A stretch of DNA of 64,000 bases from assembly GCA_044358055.1 (NCBI GenBank), contig JBIKOL010000001.1, forward strand, positions 46,499 to 110,498. Reading direction: 5' to 3'. The DNA is from Candidatus Obscuribacteraceae bacterium (GTDB taxonomy: Bacteria; Cyanobacteriota; Vampirovibrionia; Obscuribacterales; Obscuribacteraceae). Each line of letters starts with the position of its first letter. Within the stretch, counting starts at the first letter, position 1. The notes under the pieces were generated by a model that ran no database searches, was not told the DNA's origin, and worked only from the letters and a program-made list of their open reading frames with translations. Of this stretch, positions 29,780 to 38,797 are shown piece by piece. The translations under genes were made by a program, and so were the position numbers.

Positions 29780-29869
29780 GGTTTCGAACGGTATTTTAAA
29801 ATAGTAAGTCGGTCACCAGCTACCAATTAATATAAGCAGCTGTTCTGACATTATCGTGACCACCTGAGA

Positions 29870-30433
29870 TTATGTGCAGAGCAGAAGTGGCGGGCACTTG
29901 CTCAAATATTCGTTCTGTTTTGCTTTGACAGCATCGTCCCCATGCCGGAATGGAGTCGTTCTGATAATGCCGGCGAAGAGATCGTTCAAACCATAGGGTG
30001 AACAAATTTCCAAAGTATCATCATCGTTCAGCCTGACACCATTGGCGGTAGCTGTATGAAGAAAATGCGCGATGCCATCAACTGTGTCCGTAAAAGTAAA
30101 TGCCCACGGTCGCCAAACGCCGAAGCTGGCCTGGTTTTTAACATCAAACTTCCAGCCCGGGTGATATTTCTCCAGAAGTTGTCTCGCCTGCATTTCGCGA
30201 TCTCGTCCGCTATCCGGATCAAAAAACACTACGTCAAGATCTTTGATTGTAAGCCTGCAGTCAGCGCCAAAGAGAGCTTTCCATACGGTGTTACGAACAG
30301 CACCACCCGCTAGCCAGCAATCCGGCAATTCCAGACCGTGGATGCTTGCCAGCGTGCAATACCATTCGGATGATTTGATGATTTGTTTGAGTTGAGCTTG
30401 AAGTTCTTGCTCTAGAGGCTCGAGGCTGCCCAT
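29870..30433 (-). CDS. Nucleotidyltransferase family protein (NTP_transf_6-like)
   Basis: WLAGGAVRNTVW ... DLDVVFFD pattern of the minimal polbeta-type NTase family. AGGGAG SD 8 nt upstream. Confidence 0.75.
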   Translation of the reverse strand: MGSLEPLEQELQAQLKQIIKSSEWYCTLASIHGLELPDCWLAGGAVRNTVWKALFGADCRLTIKDLDVVFFDPDSGRDREMQARQLLEKYHPGWKFDVKNQASFGVWRPWAFTFTDTVDGIAHFLHTATANGVRLNDDDTLEICSPYGLNDLFAGIIRTTPFRHGDDAVKAKQNEYLSKCPPLLLCT

Positions 30434-30467
30434 ACAGGTTCTCCCTTCGGAGAATTAATATAGCAGA

Positions 30468-31766
30468 TCAAGAGGATGAACCGGCAATTATGCCCCTCTT
30501 TACATAAAGAGGGCGCGCCGCTCGGCGTAAGGAAGGCATGCTTTTCAGGGTTATGACCGCCAGAATCAGTGCGAAAATTCCACTTATTCCAATGACTGTA
30601 GAACAACCGACGCGGTCGGCAAAATACCCTGCTGCAAGCCCGCCGATTGGCATCATTCCCATGAAACACATAGTAAAGAGGCTCATTACTCTGCCTCTTT
30701 TGTCGTCATCAACCAGTGTTTGCAGAATGGTATTGCTGCAGGCAATTTCAGTCGTCATGCCAAAGCCCGCGAGCGCCAGAGCAAAGAGCGAAATAAATAA
30801 ATTGTGGGAATAGGCGAAAATTGGCAACGAGAAAGCCATGATGAAGAGTGACCAGATTAGCCAGTTACCGAGACCAAGCACGTTTTTTCTTGATGCAAGT
30901 AAGATTGTTCCGGTAAGCGCACCAATGCTAGATGCAGCTGTCATCCAGGCTAGCAGGCTTGCATCGCCGTGAAAGCTTGATTTTACATATACCGGTAGCA
31001 GTATCATATACGGTATCGCACACAAACTTGTCATTGCCGTTGCTATGAGCAAGAAACGCATCGGCTGGCTTTCGCGTACATAATTGAAGCCTTCTTTCAG
31101 ATGCTCGAGCACATTTATATTAGTGTTGCGCGGCTTGCCTGCTTTCAGTTTCATCGCGATGAGTGCTGCTATCACCGCCAGGAAGCTAATTGAGTTCAAA
31201 AGGAAGCAGGCTGTTTCTCCCCATTTAGCAAGAATCACTCCGGCGAGAGCCGGTCCCAATAAGCGGGTCAGATTCATCAATGAAGAATTCAGGGCAATTA
31301 CGTTTGGCAAATCTTCTGTTTTTTCCGTCATGTCGATTACGAACGCCTGCCGTGTAGGCATGTCCACCGCATTGGCAGCGCCGGCAAAAATACCGAGCGC
31401 AATTAATTGCCAGATGTTAATGTGCCCGCTTGCTGCAAGCCAGGTCAAAATAATGGACTGTATCATCAAGGTTGTCTGCGTTGCTATCAGCAACTTGTGA
31501 CGATTGAAAAGATCGGGCAGCACTCCGGCAAACGGACCCAAAAGAATTGATGGTGCCTGGCTGGCAAAAGCAATGAGTCCAAGCATGAATGGCGATTGAG
31601 TCAATTTGTACGCCAAAAACGAGAGAGCAAGCTGCTGCATCCATGTGCCGACCATTGACACTAGTTGTCCTGCAAAATAGAGTCTGTAATTTCGGCTGGC
31701 GAGCGATCGGAAGATGTGAGCGAAGCCGTTGGCAGAAGTCGCCTTTTGCGAGATGGATTGAGTCAT
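30468..31766 (-). CDS. MFS transporter (MFS_3 / EntS-like family)
   Basis: 12 TM helices. N-terminal FRSLASRNYRLYFAGQLVSMVGTWMQ signature. ATG at 31766 (the track ORF opens earlier). Confidence 0.85.
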   Translation of the reverse strand: MTQSISQKATSANGFAHIFRSLASRNYRLYFAGQLVSMVGTWMQQLALSFLAYKLTQSPFMLGLIAFASQAPSILLGPFAGVLPDLFNRHKLLIATQTTLMIQSIILTWLAASGHINIWQLIALGIFAGAANAVDMPTRQAFVIDMTEKTEDLPNVIALNSSLMNLTRLLGPALAGVILAKWGETACFLLNSISFLAVIAALIAMKLKAGKPRNTNINVLEHLKEGFNYVRESQPMRFLLIATAMTSLCAIPYMILLPVYVKSSFHGDASLLAWMTAASSIGALTGTILLASRKNVLGLGNWLIWSLFIMAFSLPIFAYSHNLFISLFALALAGFGMTTEIACSNTILQTLVDDDKRGRVMSLFTMCFMGMMPIGGLAAGYFADRVGCSTVIGISGIFALILAVITLKSMPSLRRAARPLYVKRGIIAGSSS

Positions 31767-32026
31767 TTTGCAAACCGGAAGCGGTACAGGTAAGAACAAA
31801 TCAGCTGACGGCTATCCAATTCGATTGTTTCCTGAGCTTGCACTATGTAACTGGCTGTGCGTTATATGCGGTCCCAAGAGGCAACAGGCGGTCCCACACA
31901 GGTGCCAGGCTTTACGCTATAAGCGGCCCCAAACTGGCCACACATTCCTTATATGCTGGAATCTATCAGGCTGATCGCGGTTAATGTTGAGATCAGCAAA
32001 TAGACTACCAAGAGGATTTGTTGCTT

Positions 32027-32647
32027 ATGCTTTTTGCGGACACGATGGCAATATTTTTTGTTGTGTTGGGAGTTCTCATAGCATTTCCGTCACTTTGGCT
32101 GCTGCATTCGGCGTTATTTCCAGATTTTGTGAAGAGCAACAGGGGCGTTCTTGAACGTTCTTTGTGGAAGCCATTTATGCTTGCAATTCCCTTTGCTGCA
32201 GCATCCGTTTTTTTTATTGCTGTCGTCGGCAAGCTGCCCGGGTCCTTTGGACAAATAAGTGCTGTGCTTAGTTTCAGCTTGATAATGCTTTTTGCGAACT
32301 CTGGTGTCTCGGGGCTTGCTTCTATGCTTGGGGCGAGGCTTGCTTCACCAGTTGATCTTGAACGTCCGTGGAAAGGCACCCTGCGTGGCGGTCTGGTTCT
32401 TGCTTTTAGCTGTCTCCTGCCATTACTCGGGTGGTTTATTGTAATGCCTTGCAGCGTTTTATTGGGGTTGGGAGCTTCACTTGTCACTTTATTTGGTGCT
32501 TTGAGAAGGAAGAAAAAGCAAGCGCTTGAATCCGAAGACAGCACGACATCTGGCAATGTAAAACTTGCTATCGTCGGTTCGGATCTTGCCGCATCCACGG
32601 TGGCAGCAGCAGGCAGCGAGGCGCTCAGATCTGAAGCGAGTCTTTAA
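32027..32647 (+). CDS. Hypothetical 4-TM membrane protein, first gene of the DUF1800/DUF1501 operon
   Basis: GAGGA 10 nt before ATG 32027. Four hydrophobic helices and a charged C-terminal tail. The antisense 197-aa ORF is judged a shadow. Confidence 0.65.
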   Translation: MLFADTMAIFFVVLGVLIAFPSLWLLHSALFPDFVKSNRGVLERSLWKPFMLAIPFAAASVFFIAVVGKLPGSFGQISAVLSFSLIMLFANSGVSGLASMLGARLASPVDLERPWKGTLRGGLVLAFSCLLPLLGWFIVMPCSVLLGLGASLVTLFGALRRKKKQALESEDSTTSGNVKLAIVGSDLAASTVAAAGSEALRSEASL

Positions 32648-32669
32648 GTACTGTGATGAGGCTGAAAAG

Positions 32670-34166
32670 ATGAATCGGCGTCGCTTCGTACAAAATGGAA
32701 TTGCACTAATAGGCAGCGTTCCACTATTGAATGCCTGCGATGGAATATACAGCCGCCTGTGCAAAGACATGGGGCAGAAAATTCCAGATGCGATTGACGT
32801 AAGCTGCGGAACGAATATTGATCCCATCTTTCATTTACTGTCCAGAGCCGGCTATGGTCCATGGCCCGGTGATCTGGATCGCGTGCGCAAACTGGGCACG
32901 GACCGGTGGATAGAAGAACAACTCGAACCTGAAAAAATAGATGATCGCGCTTGTGATTTGCGCGCTCGCCGTTTTGAATCAATGGTCATTCCTGCCGGCG
33001 CCTGTTATGACTTCAAGAAACAGTTTCTCAGGCGCGACATCATCAGGCATTCGCTTTTGCGAGCAACTTATAGCAAGCGACAGCTATTCGAAGTGATGGT
33101 AGGGTTTTGGTCTGACCATCTAAATATAAGTATGGATAAAGGCGATTGTGTTTACTTGAAACCCGCAGATGATCGCCTTGTAATAAGAACGCACGCCCTG
33201 GGAAAATTCAAGAATTTGATCAAAGCATCTGCAGTTTCTCCGGCTATGCTTGTCTATCTCGATGGAAATCAAAATCGTGTTAATTCAAGCAGCAAAGTGC
33301 CCAATGAGAACTATGCACGCGAGCTGCTGGAACTTCATACTTTGGGAATTCATGGAGGTTACAGCCAGAGGGATGTTTATGAGCTGGCACGTTGTTTGAC
33401 CGGCTGGCGCTTGCATGAACCGTGGCAGCGCGGCATCGTTTACTTTGATGCCAGCAATCATGATAATGGTGAAAAACACGTCCTCGGTCATACAATTGCA
33501 GCCAATGGCGGTGCTTCTGATCTCGACAAAGTTATAGATATTGTTTGTACGCATCCCTCAACGGCCTTGCACATCAGCAGAAAAATTGCCGAGCGCTTTA
33601 TCGAAACTCCGTCTGAAGGCCTCATTCAAAAGCTCGTTGCTGAGTTCAAGAATACAGAAGGTGATACAAAGGCATTGCTTCGATTAGTCTTGAACTCGGA
33701 CGAATTTGCCAACGATGCCGGCAGCAAAACGAAAAGACCATTTACCTTCATGGCAAGCGCACTGAGATCGCTCGGAGTGGATACTCATGCTCATGATGAT
33801 TTAGTTGAATTTCTTCAGCGCATGGGGCATGTTCCGTTTCAATATCCAACGCCAGACGGCTATCCTGATGATTCAAACTTTTGGATGGGCACGCTTTTAT
33901 GGCGCTGGAAGTTTGCTCTAGCACTGGTGCAAAAACAGATAAAGAGCGTCAGTGCGGACATTGATGAGCTCTACTCGGCTTTGAAAATAGAGAATATAAG
34001 GAGGAATGAGGCAGACAAACTGTTTGCTTACTTTGTTGGCAGACAGCCTCTTTCAAGTGAAAGCGATGCCCTGTCTAAGCTGATTGGTTCTTCTTCCAAG
34101 CAAGCGAATATTAAGGAGGAGCTAGTCGCACTGGCTCTTTGTTCGCCTGCATTTCAGAGGTATTAA
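32670..34166 (+). CDS. DUF1800 family protein with Tat-like signal
   Basis: MNRRRFVQNGIALIGS. HLLSRAGYGP, FWSDHLN, PAMLVYLDGNQN, NENYARELLELHTLG, ARCLTGW family signatures. Confidence 0.85.
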   Translation: MNRRRFVQNGIALIGSVPLLNACDGIYSRLCKDMGQKIPDAIDVSCGTNIDPIFHLLSRAGYGPWPGDLDRVRKLGTDRWIEEQLEPEKIDDRACDLRARRFESMVIPAGACYDFKKQFLRRDIIRHSLLRATYSKRQLFEVMVGFWSDHLNISMDKGDCVYLKPADDRLVIRTHALGKFKNLIKASAVSPAMLVYLDGNQNRVNSSSKVPNENYARELLELHTLGIHGGYSQRDVYELARCLTGWRLHEPWQRGIVYFDASNHDNGEKHVLGHTIAANGGASDLDKVIDIVCTHPSTALHISRKIAERFIETPSEGLIQKLVAEFKNTEGDTKALLRLVLNSDEFANDAGSKTKRPFTFMASALRSLGVDTHAHDDLVEFLQRMGHVPFQYPTPDGYPDDSNFWMGTLLWRWKFALALVQKQIKSVSADIDELYSALKIENIRRNEADKLFAYFVGRQPLSSESDALSKLIGSSSKQANIKEELVALALCSPAFQRY

Positions 34167-34168
34167 CA

Positions 34169-35374
34169 ATGGGCGAGAGTCGACGCGCTTTTTTGAAGAA
34201 ACTACTTTTTGCAAGTGAACCAGCAGCATTGAGTGGTGGAGAGTCGAACGTTCTTGTATCAGTGTTTTTGCGCGGAGGTGCTGATACTCTGAACATGCTG
34301 GTTCCTTATGGAGACCATGATTACTATAAAGTTCGTCCCACAATCGCAATCGCTGCCCCAGGAAAAGGAAAAAACGCAGCCCTGAAGCTAGATGATTTTT
34401 ATGGATTGCACCCCGCTCTATCGGGATTCTATCCTATTTTTTCGGCTGGAGAACTGGCATTCATTCAAGCTGTAGGGACCGACAATCCGTCCGGCTCTCA
34501 TTTTGAAGCGCAAGATCAGATGGAGCATGGCGAAGCTTACGGGAAGCCCATGCGTGGCGGATGGCTTGGACGCTATTTGCAATGCCGTGCCTGTGGAGAG
34601 ACTAAGCCACTGTCTGCGGTGGCAATAGGATTAGCTGTGCCAGAATCTTTTCGTGGTGCTCCGGCAAGCAGCGTTATTCGAAAAATTGAAGATATAAATG
34701 TAGATTCCGGAACCGCAAGTGCAGAAAAAATATGCAGGGCTCTTTCATCGATGTACCAAGGCTCACAAGCGGGTGTTCTAGCCAATGCAGGACAGAACAC
34801 GCTCGACCTTTTGAAGCGAGTTGAGCGTATGAGGAACCAAAATTACAAGGCCGCAAATGGAGCAAATTACGCGAACGATGATTTTTCAAATGGATTAAAA
34901 GAAATTGCGCGCTTGATTAAATCTGATGTCGGTCTGGAAGTTGCTTGTATTGATTTGAACGGCTGGGATACTCATTTTGTGCAGGGCGGAGCTGAAGGCC
35001 AGCAAGCAGCATTAATAAAGGAACTTGGCACTGGCATCTCAGCCTTTTATACGGATCTGGGAAAACTGCGCAAGAAAGTAACAGTAGTAGTGATGACAGA
35101 GTTTGGTCGTCGTATTTATGAAAATGGGTCTCTTGGAACGGATCACGGACGTGGCTTTGCCTTCATGGCAATGGGCGCCGGAGTGAAGGGCGGCAAAATT
35201 TACGGCAAATATCCCGGGCTAAAAGACGATCAATATGAGCTTGGTCCCGGTGGTATGCAAATAGGAGTGGATTACCGGAATCTGCTTTCCGAGGTTCTTC
35301 TTTATCACGGCGTGAAACCCGATAAAATTTTCCCTGATCTAAACTACCAGCGCACCGGCTTCATGTCTGTCTAA
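34169..35374 (+). CDS. DUF1501 family protein (alkaline-phosphatase/sulfatase-superfamily-like) with consensus Tat signal
   Basis: SRRAFLK twin-arginine motif. LRGGADTLNMLVP, SGSHF, GWDTH, TEFGRR, GTDHGRG motifs. The start lies 2 nt after the DUF1800 stop. Confidence 0.88.
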   Translation: MGESRRAFLKKLLFASEPAALSGGESNVLVSVFLRGGADTLNMLVPYGDHDYYKVRPTIAIAAPGKGKNAALKLDDFYGLHPALSGFYPIFSAGELAFIQAVGTDNPSGSHFEAQDQMEHGEAYGKPMRGGWLGRYLQCRACGETKPLSAVAIGLAVPESFRGAPASSVIRKIEDINVDSGTASAEKICRALSSMYQGSQAGVLANAGQNTLDLLKRVERMRNQNYKAANGANYANDDFSNGLKEIARLIKSDVGLEVACIDLNGWDTHFVQGGAEGQQAALIKELGTGISAFYTDLGKLRKKVTVVVMTEFGRRIYENGSLGTDHGRGFAFMAMGAGVKGGKIYGKYPGLKDDQYELGPGGMQIGVDYRNLLSEVLLYHGVKPDKIFPDLNYQRTGFMSV

Positions 35375-35420
35375 ATACTCTTTGAGAGCAGAATTGTGGA
35401 ATCAACTGGTCCTTTAGAAG

Positions 35421-35480
35421 GTAGGGGCGCCTCACGGGCGCCCATTGAGAGGCAGCATAAATGGGCGCCCGTGAGGCGCC
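35421..35480. repeat. Family 2 inverted pair (BIME-like): perfect 20-nt inverted repeat with 15-nt spacer and GTAG head
   Basis: ggcgcctcacgggcgcccat (35426..35445) is the exact reverse complement of 35461..35480. It lies between convergent genes, so it is also a plausible bidirectional terminator. Confidence 0.88.
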
Positions 35481-35532
35481 ATTATCAATTACGATTCCCA
35501 ACTTTCATTCCTGCGACCACGAGCAAATTTCG

Positions 35533-36696
35533 TTATCTTGCGCGGGCTAAAATTTTGTCGGCTGCATCTACAAGCGGATTGAGATCCGAATGCCGCAGGA
35601 CATATCCATGATTGCCGATTGCGCGGGAGAATGCGCTGTTCATGCGTTCCTCGAAGCAGATCATTTTCTTGAACTCATGGCATACATCGTTGTGTGAAAG
35701 ACTATATGGAATGTGGTCTTTTCTTCCAACGTAGATAACATGGTACGGACGCACGGCTTTCTGTGCGGTACTGCCTTGCACTATTATTTCAGCCCATGCT
35801 TTGTACGCATCAAAATCATTGGCGTAGTTGAACATGTCCAATGTGAAACCGCCGGGCGGACGCATGTTTACTTCCAGTGGAATAACATTGCCGTCATCGT
35901 CCATAAAATACTCGAAGTGGAAAAAGCGTTCGCGAACGTCAAATGCTCTCAAAGTCGCTTTGCCTGCAGCTTCGAGCGCTGGCTCTATGTCCCGAACACC
36001 GTAATAATAGATATCACTGTCTTCATTGACGGCATCCATCACGCCTTTGCTGTAGCGATGTGAGGCGGAGAATACAAGGTTGCCGCCGCTGTCAGTAAGA
36101 CCATCATAAGTGACAATGGTGCCGGAAACGAACTCTTCAACTATGTAGTCGTAACCTGGCTTGTCTTTCAGATAAAACTCTATGTCTTTCTCGTCTTTGA
36201 TTTTATAAGTGGCGCCCGCTCCAACACCGATGTCTGGTTTTGCCACCACGGGGAATCCGACTTCTTTAATGAAAGACCGCAATTCTTCTTCCGTCGTGCA
36301 GACGCGCCCACGAGCCGGGTTTAAGCCAGCCTGTTCGAATACACGTTTCATTTCAGATTTGCGTTTGATCTTATAGATACTGTCGAGCTTGATGCCTGCA
36401 ATGTTGAAATCAGTGCGCAGGCGAGCTTCTGTTTCCAACCAGTATTCGTTTTGCGAATCTATGCGATCCATTTTTCCGTGTCTGTAAGTGAAAAATCCTA
36501 TTGCACGGATGAGCTCGTCATAATTGTGCATGTCTGAAACACGGTAGTATTCGCTGAGCGCATTCTTAAGTTCGCCACGCAGCTCATCATAATTCTGGTC
36601 GGCAATGCCCATGACATTTGCCCCTAGCTCCCGCAGTCGAACGCAGAAGTTAAAGAAGTTTGGCGGAAAATGTGGTGACAAAAAGACTATATTCAT
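35533..36696 (-). CDS. ATP-grasp domain ligase of unknown substrate
   Basis: VVAKPDIGVGAGATYKI, EEFVSG, LEVNMRPPGG (ATP-grasp Mg/ATP motifs). ATG 36696 (MNIVFLSPHF). Confidence 0.8.
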   Translation of the reverse strand: MNIVFLSPHFPPNFFNFCVRLRELGANVMGIADQNYDELRGELKNALSEYYRVSDMHNYDELIRAIGFFTYRHGKMDRIDSQNEYWLETEARLRTDFNIAGIKLDSIYKIKRKSEMKRVFEQAGLNPARGRVCTTEEELRSFIKEVGFPVVAKPDIGVGAGATYKIKDEKDIEFYLKDKPGYDYIVEEFVSGTIVTYDGLTDSGGNLVFSASHRYSKGVMDAVNEDSDIYYYGVRDIEPALEAAGKATLRAFDVRERFFHFEYFMDDDGNVIPLEVNMRPPGGFTLDMFNYANDFDAYKAWAEIIVQGSTAQKAVRPYHVIYVGRKDHIPYSLSHNDVCHEFKKMICFEERMNSAFSRAIGNHGYVLRHSDLNPLVDAADKILARAR

Positions 36697-36799
36697 GGGC
36701 TGAATATCCTTTCCTGACGGGCAAATGCGCTTGCGGCACGGCCCCCTCTCGAGAGGAACCGGACGCAAACATTGAAGAATATCACAAAACGGCTCGAAA

Positions 36800-38119
36800 C
36801 TAAAGCCCCTTCATCATTTTCTCTCTGGCCTTGTCTTTCTTTTTTTGTTTCGCGGCTGTTGCTAGTGCGCCTGCACCAAACGCTCCCGCAAGAATTTTTA
36901 CTCCTGTAGCGCTTGCCAATATTTTGCCTAATTGCAAATAAGCAAATCCGCGGAACAAAGCTATGCTTGCGACTTGGTAAGTCGTACAGAGGACAAGGAG
37001 CCCGGCTACAGCGGCTCCAGCGCCGACATGTATCAGGCAAGTTTTTTTGTCGCGCTCGAAGGTTTCCAGCAAAAGCAATCGACTGACAAAGAATCCGAAT
37101 ACTGAAATCTCGAGCGGCAGCCAGAGCTGCTGCATAAAGCCCATAATAGTAAAGACTATAAAGAGTATAGAAAATCCGATTAAGTGCAAATTGAGCTTGC
37201 GTTCTTGCTCGGTCAAGATGAAGCGACCATCAGGTTCCAGCTGCACAATTAGCTTTAGGACCGGACCTGTAATAGTCGAATCTGGCAAAAAGACGAGCAA
37301 GAGAAAAACGGCGAGGCCAAGCCAGCTTAAGTACACGCCAACGAATTCCAGCGGGGTGCCTGCTTTTGCTACATTGCAGGAGATGACAAAGTTTCCCGCG
37401 AGCCAAACAAATGCCAGCAATCCTGCAATTTTGTTTCTTAATTTCAAATGCAGCTGATATATCCAATGTTGCGAAGGCATTGTTGTGATCAGCCCTTCCC
37501 TCGCCCAATTGATGCTCGGGTCAATTCTCAAAGCTTCTCTGAAATGATGCAACGCTTGCTTGAAATCTTTCCTTTCAACCAGTGCCCAGCCCCTGAAAGT
37601 ATGCCCCCAGGCGTCTTCTGGCGAGATAGACAAAGCCTCTTCATTTGCTTGATCAGATTCGTCTTTCTTTCCAAGCTTGTTGAGTACGTAAGCACGCAGG
37701 CTTAGACTGCTGGCATGATGTGCATCATGCTCAAGTGAACGATCCAGCACCTCCCTGGCCGGCTCGAATTCTTCATTGCATACATGAATTAGAGCAAGCA
37801 ACCACAAATAATCCGAATTGAATGGATCCAGTTCCAGAGCTTCATCGATAGCCACTTCTGCTTCGATATATTCGACTGCATTTAAGTGGCAACGCGCGAG
37901 AGCATAAAAGCTGAATCCATCCTCGGGGTTCAGGCGTAATGCTTCTCTGGCTTCCTCAAAGGCTGCCTCACTGTTCTTAAGCTCCACATAGCACAAGGCA
38001 AGCAGCGCATGTGCATACGCAATCTCTGGTTCTTCGCTTAAACAAGCCTTGAGCTCGCGGACAGCAACGTCCGGGCGAATGTTTAATATTGCTATGGCTT
38101 TCTCGAGATGGCTGTTCAT
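36800..38119 (-). CDS. TPR-repeat protein with C-terminal polytopic membrane domain
   Basis: About 200 aa of TPRs at the N-terminus, then 5-6 hydrophobic helices and a Lys-rich tail. Confidence 0.78.
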   Translation of the reverse strand: MNSHLEKAIAILNIRPDVAVRELKACLSEEPEIAYAHALLALCYVELKNSEAAFEEAREALRLNPEDGFSFYALARCHLNAVEYIEAEVAIDEALELDPFNSDYLWLLALIHVCNEEFEPAREVLDRSLEHDAHHASSLSLRAYVLNKLGKKDESDQANEEALSISPEDAWGHTFRGWALVERKDFKQALHHFREALRIDPSINWAREGLITTMPSQHWIYQLHLKLRNKIAGLLAFVWLAGNFVISCNVAKAGTPLEFVGVYLSWLGLAVFLLLVFLPDSTITGPVLKLIVQLEPDGRFILTEQERKLNLHLIGFSILFIVFTIMGFMQQLWLPLEISVFGFFVSRLLLLETFERDKKTCLIHVGAGAAVAGLLVLCTTYQVASIALFRGFAYLQLGKILASATGVKILAGAFGAGALATAAKQKKKDKAREKMMKGL

Positions 38120-38196
38120 AGAAGCTCGTACTAGTCGAATCCATTTCGGATCTCTGGCAGACCCGCATAGAAATTTTACCCAGCCTGCCCAGCAGA

Positions 38197-38718
38197 TTAC
38201 ACGTCAATCAAAATTGCTTCGAAATGCTCAATTACACAATCATCCTTGCTGCCATCTTCATGCACCATGCAGCAGAAATCCAGTTCCGCATCCAGCGCCG
38301 TCATCGGATAATGCCAGACTCCAGGGTAATAACTTATGCCTTGCGAACCTTCCACCAGAAACACGCCAAGTGTGGACAAATCCGGTTTATCCCCACCCAG
38401 GCAGACAATTGCCAGATAGCGGGCGCTTGCTGACAATGGAATAAATACCTGTGTTGAAAGATGGTGTTTTTCAAGGAGTTTGAGTTCAAGCGGGAGCTTT
38501 TGCAAAGGACTGCAACGAAATATGCAAAGGTTAAGCTTTGCTTCTTCCGGGCGCAGGTTCTCGAGCTCGCAAAGATGGTTGTATCGCTTTGCAGTTCCGA
38601 AATTCGCAGGTTTGAAAGGCATTTCGGCGTCGACACGAATCACTTTGCCGTATGGCAAATAAGCTTCTTTATTCAGCGGAATGGCTTTGATGTGTCCTTG
38701 CGTCTCAGGGCTGCTCAT
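38197..38718 (-). CDS. allA: Ureidoglycolate lyase
   Basis: Collinear with E. coli AllA. LEKHHLSTQVFIPL and GGDKPDLSTLGVFLVEGSQGISYYPGVWHYP match ERHPLGTQAFIPM / GDDKPDLSTLRAF..GVNYHRNVWHHP. Confidence 0.9.
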   Translation of the reverse strand: MSSPETQGHIKAIPLNKEAYLPYGKVIRVDAEMPFKPANFGTAKRYNHLCELENLRPEEAKLNLCIFRCSPLQKLPLELKLLEKHHLSTQVFIPLSASARYLAIVCLGGDKPDLSTLGVFLVEGSQGISYYPGVWHYPMTALDAELDFCCMVHEDGSKDDCVIEHFEAILIDV

Positions 38719-38797
38719 GATCTTTATCCAGGCAGGTACTACAATAGCGGGTCCATCAGTCTAGCACGGCTTGTCATCCCACAGGAGAGGAGCGCTT

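Noticed and set aside
32005-32598. 197-aa minus-strand ORF
   Set aside because: It is antisense to the 4-TM membrane protein gene, which has an SD, regular TM periodicity and operon context.
35396-35611. Small ORFs spanning the GC-rich repeats (also 8795..9046, 12073..12312, 25131..25325, 59197..59583, 59218..59424)
   Set aside because: Their open frames are created by the GC-rich palindromic elements. They overlap better genes or lack start signals.
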